A stretch of 56,998 nt of DNA from Candidatus Cloacimonadota bacterium (GTDB lineage: Bacteria; Cloacimonadota; Cloacimonadia; Cloacimonadales; PWNZ01), in the NCBI GenBank assembly GCA_003564135.1, contig PWNZ01000174.1, positions 1 to 56,998 on the forward strand, read 5' to 3'. Below are positions 18,591 through 27,906 of the stretch, piece by piece (within the stretch, counting starts at the first letter, position 1; every line of letters starts with the position of its first letter). The position numbers and the translations under genes were made by a program. The notes under the pieces were generated by a model that saw only the letters and a list, made by a program, of their open reading frames with translations, did no database searches and was not told the DNA's origin.

Positions 18591-18660
18591 AGATATAGTT
18601 CATTGTAGTCTTTGTTTTATTATTAACTATCACCACTATGAAATAGTCTGATTAAGTAGG

Positions 18661-19629
18661 CTACAAATCCATCTGTTTTGCTTCTTTCCTCTTCTCAGCA
18701 AAGTAACCTACATTACCGACGATGATGAATATAATCATCATTAGATGAGCTGCCGTCTGGGAGTTCATACCTATACGTGCGGTTCTGAAAAGTATGGGAA
18801 CATCTTCATCTACGATTGAGACATGTTCACTTCTGGCTATATCTCTACTGAAGGGACGTCCTCTGGCAGCGAAAAGATCTACCATCTTTTCATACTCAGC
18901 AGCCCCTTTCAGGCCGCCTAAATGTCCAATTAGCTGGCCGGTTTGTAGGTATGGGTAGGTGTCGGGTGCAATAACCGCAGTGATACCTGAGGCAACATTA
19001 ACACCATACTGAGACCTTGCATACATGAACCAGGCCTGACCGAAGTCTGAACCTGAGAAATGAAGAACAAGATTCATTTGATCATAGTTTCTTATACCTT
19101 CCATCATCGGTAGGTCGGCGATGTTCCGACCTTCAGCGTCTGTCTCTAATGCCTCGGCAATATCATCTCCCATACCTAATATTATGGGTAAATAGAGTGC
19201 CGGTGGCTTAAAGCCGATATTTATATAATGAACACCGGAAACTATTTCAATATCGGGATGCTGCTGCTGGAGGTCTCTTTTGACGTTATCTATGGTCAAG
19301 TCAATCAGAGGAGCGGCGGTAGTGAATATTGTAAAGGTAAAGACCGGTACTCCCCGAAGGAATGCGTGCCTGAGTATCGCTACTTGCATCGGTCCTAGCT
19401 CCGGAAGAGTTGAAGCATCATGTTGGAAGTTCATAAGTATTGCCCGTCGCTCATCGCCTCTTTCGTTGATTTCGGCGAAGTTATCGATCATTTGGTATAT
19501 ATTTTCAGTAGTCTCTGTTGTATGTGTCGGCGAGTCATAAACAAAAACAAGCGGAATACCGACCGTCAGAGCTACAAGCAAATATATCCAACGTCTATCT
19601 AATTTTTGTATTCTCTCGAAAAAATTCAC
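18661..19629 (-). CDS. Hypothetical bitopic membrane protein (N- and C-terminal TM helices); fourth gene of the membrane operon
   Basis: 322 aa, GTG start with an AGGAG SD. TM helices are WIYLLVALTVGIPLVFV and AHLMMIIFIIVGNVGYF. I recognise no family. Confidence 0.75.
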   Translation of the reverse strand: MNFFERIQKLDRRWIYLLVALTVGIPLVFVYDSPTHTTETTENIYQMIDNFAEINERGDERRAILMNFQHDASTLPELGPMQVAILRHAFLRGVPVFTFTIFTTAAPLIDLTIDNVKRDLQQQHPDIEIVSGVHYINIGFKPPALYLPIILGMGDDIAEALETDAEGRNIADLPMMEGIRNYDQMNLVLHFSGSDFGQAWFMYARSQYGVNVASGITAVIAPDTYPYLQTGQLIGHLGGLKGAAEYEKMVDLFAARGRPFSRDIARSEHVSIVDEDVPILFRTARIGMNSQTAAHLMMIIFIIVGNVGYFAEKRKEAKQMDL

Positions 19630-19651
19630 GTAAAAACTCCTTTTTGTTTAT

Positions 19652-20251
19652 TTACTGGATTAGTCCTAACCAATCACCGACTAAGAATTGTATTCTTCCG
19701 ATTAGCAGGGATAGGCGGGCCATAACGGTGTATCCGAATGAAGCGCCGAAGCCTATCATCATATACCATACTCCTATACGGGTGAACGATTTATATGTGC
19801 CTTCATGAGCTTTAGAGAAGAAGAAGTAAAACAGAATAGTGACTGTACCCACGAAGATTACCACTAAATTAATGTTAGTTAATGGCAGCATTGATGATCT
19901 CATTTGTACTAATGTGTTAGCGTGGAGTGACATTGGAACTCCTAATCCTACCATACCCATACTAAACGTTATCGGGTAACGTGAAAGCCATGAAAGCTTG
20001 CTATGGAATCTGAATACAAACAAGAAACCAATGAGTGAAGGTATGATAATAATAAACTCATGCCTCAAAAATATCGGTGTGTAGACGTAAGGGATGAACA
20101 CATTATGGTAGACAATAGGTAACCCATATCCCACTGAAACGCCTATAAATAGGTGTTCGACAAAGCGATAGAAGGGGTTATCTTTATACAGGAAGGAGAA
20201 GATAGACAGTGTACAAAAAGCTGCCACCCAAGTTCCGATTACTTCAAACAT
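19652..20251 (-). CDS. Hypothetical polytopic membrane protein (about 6 TM); third gene of the membrane operon
   Basis: 199 aa and almost entirely hydrophobic. An AGGAGG SD is present. It lies 22 nt upstream of the next gene. Confidence 0.75.
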   Translation of the reverse strand: MFEVIGTWVAAFCTLSIFSFLYKDNPFYRFVEHLFIGVSVGYGLPIVYHNVFIPYVYTPIFLRHEFIIIIPSLIGFLFVFRFHSKLSWLSRYPITFSMGMVGLGVPMSLHANTLVQMRSSMLPLTNINLVVIFVGTVTILFYFFFSKAHEGTYKSFTRIGVWYMMIGFGASFGYTVMARLSLLIGRIQFLVGDWLGLIQ

Positions 20252-20353
20252 TGTTCCTCCTCATAGGACTACTATTGACACTAAAGATGCTGATATCATC
20301 TTTATTTGTGGAGATTATATTGATACGGTTATTTATGTTTTTTATCTTATTCA

Positions 20354-20983
20354 TTAGTCTGACCCCAAATATGTTCTTTCGATTCCTAAGAGTATGCGTA
20401 CAGATACGGACATGCCGCCTAATCCTACACCGATAAAAATCGCTCTGGTGGCAGCCATATTGGGGACGCTCAATATCCATTGTGAAATATCCGGTATCCA
20501 TCTGCTTATAGCCATCCCTAAAGGTACTTGAGCTATCATAACAATCACCGCTGCTACAAGTAGAACAGTAGCTTCGGCAGATCTTGCCCTAAATGCTTTG
20601 TAGGATGCTGATGCAATATAGAATGCTAAAAGCGAAAAGATAGTTGCACCGGTAGGGATCTGAATGTTTTCGAAGATCCACATATAGATTGTTCCAGCTT
20701 CTCTACCCCAGTAGAAACCAGCAAATGCGGTGAATACCAGGCCTATAAAGGTTACAACACTGAAATACCAGTTAGGAACTTTTCGCTTAATTCTTGTCCA
20801 GTGATTTTTGCTGAAACTCATGATACCTAAGAGAACAGCGAAAGGTGACATAGACCGTGACCAGGTCAGGAACCAATTTCGGTAGTCTTCGGCAATTCTA
20901 TGAGGAACAAATGCATACCCGACAAATAAGAAACCAAGCACGATAACTATTGCTAAGGGTAGCCGATTTTTTATTAATTTCAT
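20354..20983 (-). CDS. Hypothetical polytopic membrane protein (about 5 TM); second gene of the membrane operon
   Basis: 209 aa with an AGGAG SD. It lies 14 nt downstream of the 986-aa gene. Confidence 0.75.
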   Translation of the reverse strand: MKLIKNRLPLAIVIVLGFLFVGYAFVPHRIAEDYRNWFLTWSRSMSPFAVLLGIMSFSKNHWTRIKRKVPNWYFSVVTFIGLVFTAFAGFYWGREAGTIYMWIFENIQIPTGATIFSLLAFYIASASYKAFRARSAEATVLLVAAVIVMIAQVPLGMAISRWIPDISQWILSVPNMAATRAIFIGVGLGGMSVSVRILLGIERTYLGSD

Positions 20984-20997
20984 TATCTAACTCCTTT

Positions 20998-23958
20998 CTA
21001 TTGTTTCGGGAACAGGTTTATAAAGAATGTCAAATGGACGGTAGAGAGTATTGTTCCCGTGATTATGCAAGTTAGGATGAGGATTTTCATATAGTCGACT
21101 GCCTTTAATGTAGCCATTAGCATAGGTTCTCTACCTAAATAGGCGGCAGCTCCATAAAGCTCCTCACCGATTAATGTATAGTCACAAGTTGTGATAAAGA
21201 ATGGAACTTGGGTAATAGCGTCGGTTCCTGCTATCTGGATAGCACCTACAGTATTACCTACCTCAGTCATAATAAGTGCTTCTGCGTAATAAGCACCCAT
21301 GTAGAAGGCAGTTGCACATTTCTCTCTAACCATGATACCACTAACTCCAGCAACGAAAGCGAACTGTTGATTTGCCAGGAAGAAAACACTATTTTTGTCA
21401 AACGTGTCTGGTCTTCCGGCTTCGTAGTGTGCTTCCTTAACAATCTCTTGTGCTATAGGAGTAACAATAAAGTCCCTACAAGGCACGATAATGCGGGTAT
21501 CGTATTCAGCAGCTTTCTTTGCTACTCTGCTCAAAATAGCCAAACCGGCCAAGGTAGGCACACGGCTAATTCCATCAAGACCCGGATTGAAAAGTATCGG
21601 ACGTCCCATCTCTGTTGCTCGTCCAATCGCATTATCAATTTCTTCTATACCGGCTATAGGACGGATGTACATCTCTTTACCCTGTTTAGCTTTTCTAACC
21701 ATAATATAGACTAAGAAGCCAAATATCAGCGTAGCAAAAAGGGTTACGGTTCTTCCCGTATGAAACCAGTTACCTTTAGGGAAGAAATAGGTGTTGCCTT
21801 CTTCGTCTTGGTAAGGGTCAGTTTCTACAAATAAACCATGACCATCAGTCATGATCATCTTATACTGCATTGATCTCGATTCACGCTCTCGACGGCTGGC
21901 GATCATACGCATTCTTGCCTTGTCAGTGGACTGCTGATTAGCCTCAATCATAAACTCATGCTCATTATCAGTTATGAGCTGGTTATACTCGGCTTTGACT
22001 TGCTCTAATGTTGCTGAAATTTCGGCCAATTCCTCAGCAGATTCGGCTTGATTAATTTGTGAATTCAACTCATCTACTTTTGCTCTTTTAAGTTCAATAT
22101 CTCTTTCTACTAAAGAGTAAAAGAGGTGTGTGTTAACCGGACGCTTATTCTCTTTATCGTAAAAAGCATTGATTGTAGTATTGAAAAGTAAAAGCTGTTC
22201 TTCGGGATGAACATCAACTACCGGACGGAAAAAATTGCTCTTAAATCTAACTGCGTCTTCAGCTTCACGCATGATACCTGATATTCTGCTACTAAAGCTA
22301 TAGGTTTCTCCAGAGTATGGCTTCTTATAAAGCCTATAAAAGAAATTTTCGACAGGAGATCCCCTCAGGTTAAGGGAGCGAGGGCGATATGACATGTAGT
22401 TCTCATCGAAAGCTAACTGCTGTTCGAATACATAGTCTTCAGGTAATTCATTTCCGGATACTCGAAAATGCATCCTAAAGTTTATTGGCCGGTCTATTTG
22501 ATATTCAGGCGAATCCAATCCGTATTTATCGGGGAGAGTAACTCTGAAGAAGAGATTTTGATAGAACTCGTTAACAGTAGTTATTTTTTCCCATTCATCA
22601 TCATATATTTCGAAGTAAATATTGTTTACTGTATACTGCTCGTTTGTTTCAAATTCATAATTAACTAATAGCCTATTTCTATTTTGGTTTAAAAAAGACG
22701 TGTCCATCAGGATCACAGTCGGCTTATCCCAGTAAAGGATGTTGTGGTCTCCTTCACAGTTAGGCCTGTCTTTGACTACAAAATCAGGCTCTGGGGGGAG
22801 TGCTTCTGTGGTTGCTAATCTTATATCAGATGGCATACCATAGTTCTGTAAACCCCAGAAATTGCTGTATCCTTGCACTACATAGAAGTCATTAATGTCG
22901 TGCCTTCTTTGATCGAAAACTACATTGCCTTCAACATTTCTAAGTACACCATCTTCTAAGTCAATATAAGTAGTATTTTTCTGGGTGAAACCTTCAGAGT
23001 GAACTAATCTGGCCGGATTCTGAATAGTTGGCTCAAAAGGTTCCAAATCAGGGTCATCCATACGATCAATCCTGTTTTCTTCCGCCTTTTTAACTTGGTC
23101 TATATACTGCTCATACTGCCCTATATCGTTGTTGTGCAGCAAGAAAATGTTTGACGCAGCTATGCCTCCCGAAACAAAAGGCATAAGCCACTCAAATTGA
23201 AGACGTCCACTATCTTCCAAGTATACTGCATCTAATCTTCGCGGCATTTCCGGGTGGTTAATTCGTGGAATTCCAGCGACGGTTGGAGCATGTGGCATCA
23301 TCCTTCTTCTCTGGTCTACGGCCACTACCGTATAGTAGTATGTGTGATCTGCTTTCATTTGCAGCATAGTTTGTTGCAGTTGTCTATCCCTGAGACCTGC
23401 ATAGAACATACTATCTCCACCATCTTCTGAGGGAATTTCAATTTTTCTGGCATTATAGTATAATTGCTTCTTGGGGATAGATGCTAATATTGAATAATTA
23501 TCGAACTTATGTGCCGTAAGTTGTAAGTCTCTGGGTATACTCCGGTATAAAGGACTATCCTCAGGTTGGTTGTCCTCATGTCTTAAACCTCTTGGCGAGT
23601 TAACATTGGCCATTAAGTTATATCCGGTATCGTGATAAATAACTCTTTCACCCGGGAAACCGGTCTCAGGATTAATCTGGACATTCCCGATATAGAAAAG
23701 CTGATCTTCAGTACTACCGCGATAAACTCGATACTCAATTATTCTTGCCTCGGGATCTAAAGGTTTCCAACTGACCATAAGGCCGGTCCCTGTGTCGTTG
23801 GGAATATCTTCGACCCTTAAGTCTTCAACTATGAAATCTTGATAATCAGCTGGATCAAATCCGACCCTGGCAAGGCCTGTCAGTTGCGCCGAGATTAGCA
23901 CAACTAAGAAAAGCAGTGCAGAAACCCTGAACCACTTTATCCTATTTACTTTAGTCAT
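20998..23958 (-). CDS. Large hypothetical protein with a signal peptide, an extracytoplasmic region of about 700 aa (FN3-like modules and a coiled coil), and a 250-aa C-terminal domain bounded by two TM helices; first gene of the membrane operon
   Basis: 986 aa with an AGGAG SD. The signal sequence is FRVSALLFLVVLISAQLTG. The FN3-like block is GLMVSWKPLDPEARIIEYRVYRGS. The coiled coil is RDIELKRAKVDELNSQINQAESAEELAEISATLEQVKAEYNQL. TM helices are TVTLFATLIFGFLVYIMV and ILILTCIITGTILSTVHLTFFINLF. Confidence 0.8.
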   Translation of the reverse strand: MTKVNRIKWFRVSALLFLVVLISAQLTGLARVGFDPADYQDFIVEDLRVEDIPNDTGTGLMVSWKPLDPEARIIEYRVYRGSTEDQLFYIGNVQINPETGFPGERVIYHDTGYNLMANVNSPRGLRHEDNQPEDSPLYRSIPRDLQLTAHKFDNYSILASIPKKQLYYNARKIEIPSEDGGDSMFYAGLRDRQLQQTMLQMKADHTYYYTVVAVDQRRRMMPHAPTVAGIPRINHPEMPRRLDAVYLEDSGRLQFEWLMPFVSGGIAASNIFLLHNNDIGQYEQYIDQVKKAEENRIDRMDDPDLEPFEPTIQNPARLVHSEGFTQKNTTYIDLEDGVLRNVEGNVVFDQRRHDINDFYVVQGYSNFWGLQNYGMPSDIRLATTEALPPEPDFVVKDRPNCEGDHNILYWDKPTVILMDTSFLNQNRNRLLVNYEFETNEQYTVNNIYFEIYDDEWEKITTVNEFYQNLFFRVTLPDKYGLDSPEYQIDRPINFRMHFRVSGNELPEDYVFEQQLAFDENYMSYRPRSLNLRGSPVENFFYRLYKKPYSGETYSFSSRISGIMREAEDAVRFKSNFFRPVVDVHPEEQLLLFNTTINAFYDKENKRPVNTHLFYSLVERDIELKRAKVDELNSQINQAESAEELAEISATLEQVKAEYNQLITDNEHEFMIEANQQSTDKARMRMIASRRERESRSMQYKMIMTDGHGLFVETDPYQDEEGNTYFFPKGNWFHTGRTVTLFATLIFGFLVYIMVRKAKQGKEMYIRPIAGIEEIDNAIGRATEMGRPILFNPGLDGISRVPTLAGLAILSRVAKKAAEYDTRIIVPCRDFIVTPIAQEIVKEAHYEAGRPDTFDKNSVFFLANQQFAFVAGVSGIMVREKCATAFYMGAYYAEALIMTEVGNTVGAIQIAGTDAITQVPFFITTCDYTLIGEELYGAAAYLGREPMLMATLKAVDYMKILILTCIITGTILSTVHLTFFINLFPKQ

Positions 23959-24103
23959 AAAACAACTCCTTGATCAAGTTTGCTTTCTTATTTTGAACCC
24001 CTTCTCAGAAGGGTACTTTGTGTCAAGTCTTACGTTAATCAATTGCTTTGAATGCTTGTTTGATCTATTTGGTGTCAATATAAGTTGACTATTGATGCAA
24101 CAC

Positions 24104-25465
24104 TTATTCTGATGCCTGTGTCACACTCAATGGTAACGAAATACCCACTTCATCGTTGGGGGTATCAATTAAATAGTTAGCTCTTTCGACGATTTTTCTG
24201 AAGTCAGGCATAAGCTTCTCAGGTACCGGAGGCCCCGCTACATTCTCCATCTTGAGAGGGTCAATGGCTGTACCGTGATGATAAACGGTATAATGAAGGT
24301 GAGGACCTGTGGCCAAACCTGTTTGACCAACATAGCCTATAACCTGATTCTGCTCAACTCTGACACCTCTACTAATACCAGGCCCATAACCATTAAGGTG
24401 ACCGTATAAAGTTTCATAATTGTTATTATGTCTAATCATAACGGTCTTTCCATACCCGCCTTGTCGTCCGTTAACAGTTGGATGGCCTCCTTTCCAACCG
24501 CGATGAGAAACTATACCATCTGCGGAAGCTACAACCGGTGTTCCCATAGATGCAGCATAGTCAACACCATTATGAGGCCGGACAATTTTTAGAACTGGAT
24601 GATAACGCCCCTTGGAAAAACGAGATGTAATTCTGCTATAATTTAGTGGAGAACGCAAGAAGGCTCTTTGGAAAGACTCACCTTCACTGGTGAAATATTT
24701 TGCGTGGTCATCATCAATTTCAAAACGATAAGCACGTTTATCGTAGTTACGGCTTTCGTATTCAGCCACTATAATATTGCCATATTTCACAAACTCATCG
24801 CCTAACATGTATTGTTCATAAACTAAACAAAAGCGATCACCTTCACGGGGGTCAATCAAAAAATCTACATCCCATTGAAAGATCTCGGCAAATTTACCAA
24901 TAAGGTAAGGGCCTTCTCCGAATTCTCGCAAAGAAGAATACAATGATCCGGAAATTGTGCCTTCAGTTTTTCTTAGTACCATCTCAACCTGTAAGGTGTC
25001 AATTGACGGCACATAAAATCCTAAAGAGTCTAGGTATACGGAAAAGGATCTAATCCTTTCTCTTTGTGGATAATACGATAGTCGATGAATGACATCAAGA
25101 GTATCCATTTGCACATGAAAGCTGTCAGCAGGCATAAGCCGCCTTAGATCATATAACTTGTTCAGTTCATTAAGAACAGGCATAAACATGCTGTAACCAA
25201 CACCTCTTTCTTGCAGTGCTTGAGCCAATGTTTCTCTTTCTTGGAGAGATCCGGCAATATAGATGTAGGGATCTTTTTCCTCAATAATTTCGACAACATC
25301 ACTACTGCAGCCGTGAGAAAAGAGCATTAACGAAATCACAGCTATAATAGCTACTATTGACATAAAGTGAGCAGGACTAAAGCGTGTCTTACCTGTTTCA
25401 TAAATCCATTCAGCTTGAACTATGAAACTATCTTTTTTCTCTTCAAAACAATTGTTTAGTTCCAT
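24104..25465 (-). CDS. M23-family peptidoglycan metalloendopeptidase
   Basis: HNGVDYAA, GGYGKTVMIRHNNNYETLYGHL and GYVGQTGLATGPHLHY (HxxxD and HxH zinc motifs). There is an N-terminal membrane or lipobox-like anchor. ATG at 25465 follows a GAGGA SD. The ORF track begins one codon earlier at TTG. Confidence 0.9.
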   Translation of the reverse strand: MELNNCFEEKKDSFIVQAEWIYETGKTRFSPAHFMSIVAIIAVISLMLFSHGCSSDVVEIIEEKDPYIYIAGSLQERETLAQALQERGVGYSMFMPVLNELNKLYDLRRLMPADSFHVQMDTLDVIHRLSYYPQRERIRSFSVYLDSLGFYVPSIDTLQVEMVLRKTEGTISGSLYSSLREFGEGPYLIGKFAEIFQWDVDFLIDPREGDRFCLVYEQYMLGDEFVKYGNIIVAEYESRNYDKRAYRFEIDDDHAKYFTSEGESFQRAFLRSPLNYSRITSRFSKGRYHPVLKIVRPHNGVDYAASMGTPVVASADGIVSHRGWKGGHPTVNGRQGGYGKTVMIRHNNNYETLYGHLNGYGPGISRGVRVEQNQVIGYVGQTGLATGPHLHYTVYHHGTAIDPLKMENVAGPPVPEKLMPDFRKIVERANYLIDTPNDEVGISLPLSVTQASE

Positions 25466-25567
25466 CAATCCTCTGAGTTTATCTTATTATTTCAGGAAAA
25501 ATTTGAACTTTAGTGGTTATTTGTGTCAAATAAAAAAACGGCCAACTCATGATTTCTGCTGATAGGC

Positions 25568-25996
25568 TCAGTTCTCACGCAAAACTTCTGAAACTGTATA
25601 AATAGATCCGGTAACGACAATGACATCATCATCGAATGAATCTGCAACAGCTTGCCGGTAAGCATTAATTACTGATGAACATACAGAACAATTAATGCCG
25701 CTGCTGTGGACTATGTCAGCTTGCTGATGGGGATCCGCAGCCCTATCGGAGGTGTTTTTTGCAATATATATTCTTTTTGCAATACCACCCATTTCAGTAA
25801 TCATTTGATGAAAATTTTTGTCTCTGAGAATAGACACAACAAACACTAACTTTCTACATGGGTAGAGCAACTTGAGGTTTTCAACTAAGTTTTCAATTCC
25901 TTCCTCATTATGAGCACAGTCAAGAAAAGTCAAAGGTCGTTTATTAATAACCTGCATTCTTCCTAACCATCTTACCTGCTGAAGACCTCTCGACAT
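25568..25996 (-). CDS. folC: C-terminal segment of folylpolyglutamate/dihydrofolate synthase (after the in-frame TGA)
   Basis: WLGRMQVI...FLDCAHNEEG and VVTGSIYTVSEV are Mur-ligase C-terminal domain blocks. It is in frame with 26018-26890. Confidence 0.8.
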   Translation of the reverse strand: MSRGLQQVRWLGRMQVINKRPLTFLDCAHNEEGIENLVENLKLLYPCRKLVFVVSILRDKNFHQMITEMGGIAKRIYIAKNTSDRAADPHQQADIVHSSGINCSVCSSVINAYRQAVADSFDDDVIVVTGSIYTVSEVLREN

Positions 25997-26017
25997 GAAA
26001 CTGAGGTCAATATTTTC

Positions 26018-26890
26018 TCATAATTGTTGCTTGTATAAAGAATATGCGATCAAAGCTATGGCTGCATTTCTGGCTTGATGCTGACCAACAAGGTTTGTTT
26101 TTAATCTAAGCATTCTTTTTGGCAAAGGGATCCTATCTGAGTTAATCATTATATCGAAAATTGTTCCCGGGGTGTTTCTCAAGCTACTATTAGTGCTAAT
26201 TGCATCCGCTTCAAGGTTGATGTTCTCTACTTGGTAATCTTTTCCATAAATAAAAAGAGGCGCATTTTTTTTAATCGCTACTTCTGAGATGACCTTCAAA
26301 GCCTTGGGGTTGATTCTGCCTATCAAAATGGGGATATTTTCCTTAATAATTCCCGCTTTTTCAAAAGCGATCTTCTCAATAGTGTCACCTAGTGTTTTCT
26401 TATGGTCAAGTGATATAGAGGTGATCATTGTTACCGTAGAGTTAAAAGGATTTGTGCCGTCTAAACGTCCTCCTAAGCCAACTTCAAAAACGCTTGTATC
26501 GAGATTTTTCTCTTTAAACAAGTGAAACGCTAAAGCTGTTGTAATTTCAAAAAAAGAAGCTTGCCATTTTTCTAAAAGGGACTCCCATTTTTCATAAGCT
26601 GAAACTATCTCTTCAGTTGAGATATTCTGTCCGTTGATTCTAAATCTTTCCCGATAATCAAGTAGATGTGGTGAGGTATTGAGGCCACAAGTTTTCCCAT
26701 CTGCAAGGGCTATTGCTTCGCACATAGCAGCGGTAGAACCTTTGCCGTTTGTCCCAGCCACATGGAATCCATTTAGAAAGCATTGAGGATTGCCCATGTC
26801 GCCTAACAGGTTAACAATCCTGTCCAGACCATAGCTAACATTTCCGGAGAAACGGGTGTATATTGAGCCTAAAAGATCTTTATATTCCAA
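26018..26890 (-). CDS. folC: N-terminal segment of folylpolyglutamate/dihydrofolate synthase, ending at an in-frame TGA
   Basis: P-loop VAGTNGKGST, plus EVGLGGRLD, ITSISLDH, FEKAGIIK and GQHQARNAA. The start is TTG with no clear SD. Confidence 0.85.
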   Translation of the reverse strand: MEYKDLLGSIYTRFSGNVSYGLDRIVNLLGDMGNPQCFLNGFHVAGTNGKGSTAAMCEAIALADGKTCGLNTSPHLLDYRERFRINGQNISTEEIVSAYEKWESLLEKWQASFFEITTALAFHLFKEKNLDTSVFEVGLGGRLDGTNPFNSTVTMITSISLDHKKTLGDTIEKIAFEKAGIIKENIPILIGRINPKALKVISEVAIKKNAPLFIYGKDYQVENINLEADAISTNSSLRNTPGTIFDIMINSDRIPLPKRMLRLKTNLVGQHQARNAAIALIAYSLYKQQL

Positions 26891-26932
26891 AATCTGGGCA
26901 CACCAAGGTATTGGTAACTATTTTCAACCTTA

Positions 26933-27349
26933 TTAATTACTGTCAGGTAATATGTGACCCGGATATTCATCGGGATCTTCCAAGTGCAGTGGGCATCTGA
27001 CAATTATTTCTCTGGTGTCCTTGTTGCCTTCTATATAGTAATGGGATTCGGGAGTACCACTCGGACATACGTATATCGCTCTTCGTAGGTGTCCTGTTCT
27101 GTGCAGGTCTTGGGTATCGCCGGAGAAATGTTCATCTCTTTCGTTCATATAGCGAGAAACAGCGTCATATATTTCCCGCATATTGTTGACACATTGTTCT
27201 GCGTTCTCTCTTCTTTGGATGTCCATAGCTTGTGGCAGTATCAGGATAAAAGCCAGAGCCAGCAAGCCCACAATAGAGATTATTTTATACACACTTATGC
27301 CTTTGTCGTCCAGTAAGTGTCCGGTTAGGGCATTCTTTTTAATCGGCAT
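26933..27349 (-). CDS. Hypothetical small membrane-anchored, Cys/His-rich protein
   Basis: 138 aa with a GGAG SD. There is a single TM helix, IISIVGLLALAFILILP. I recognise no family. The pilin-like hydrophobic helix lacks a G/F-T-L-I-E prepilin site. Confidence 0.6.
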   Translation of the reverse strand: MPIKKNALTGHLLDDKGISVYKIISIVGLLALAFILILPQAMDIQRRENAEQCVNNMREIYDAVSRYMNERDEHFSGDTQDLHRTGHLRRAIYVCPSGTPESHYYIEGNKDTREIIVRCPLHLEDPDEYPGHILPDSN

Positions 27350-27824
27350 ATTTGCTCCATAATTTATTTATTCAACGTTAGGAAACCAATTGCCCGAGCA
27401 GGGATGCTCCATAGACATATAAGCCCAACTCAGGATGAACTGGGTATCAATTTCAACCGAATTTCCTTTCCCGTTAGCGTATATCAAAGAAAAACCTGTA
27501 TTTCCCGTCAAGTTTTTTAGAGTTAAACAGCATCTGAGTTGTACTCAAACACCAGTTATTTATGAGGGCAGACAAGGGATCTAATAGCATTTAGCTTTCA
27601 ATGAATTAAAATGTCTCGCACAGATTTCGCTGATTCCACAGATTAGATACTCTGCCATACAGAAACCCTAAACTCTTCTTCATTCTCAATTCAGCGTAGC
27701 GTCTCAACCCTAAACTTTTCCCAGCAGAGATCCTATTTCTAAAATTGATCTTATACAGGTTACGAAGGTAGCAGAAAGCAACAGATCCTGTTACCTTGTA
27801 AATCATTGACTATCAATCACTTAA

Positions 27825-27858
27825 GGGCGAAAGTAAAAAATCGCCCATTTTTGATTTT
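27825..27858 (+). terminator. Hairpin plus U-tract (a plus-strand intrinsic-terminator shape) 50 nt beyond the nrdJ stop
   Basis: gggcga-aagtaaaaaa-tcgccc followed by atttttgatttt on the plus strand. On the minus strand the same hairpin is followed by ttaagtg, which is a poor U-tract. Confidence 0.5.
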
Positions 27859-27906
27859 CAGTTTGATTATTTTATATAGAGCCTCAATATTGGGGTTAAT
27901 TCCTGG

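Noticed and set aside
21208-21714. 168-aa and 72-aa plus-strand ORFs inside the 986-aa gene. Similar antisense ORFs include 2006-2320, 4259-4606, 9410-9902, 29138-29491, 34763-35149, 38221-38598, 46629-46934 and 52001-52345
   Set aside because: All lie antisense to, or out of frame within, genes with strong family signatures or strong SD sites. They lack SDs and have the skewed low-complexity composition typical of shadow ORFs.
12131-26020. Stop-codon reassignment (TAA or TGA read as sense) to explain the interrupted C25 and folC genes
   Set aside because: TAA terminates valS and the S8 protease. TGA terminates mutL, miaA, lon and the SLT gene at positions matching normal protein lengths. 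A genome-wide recoding is therefore not supported.
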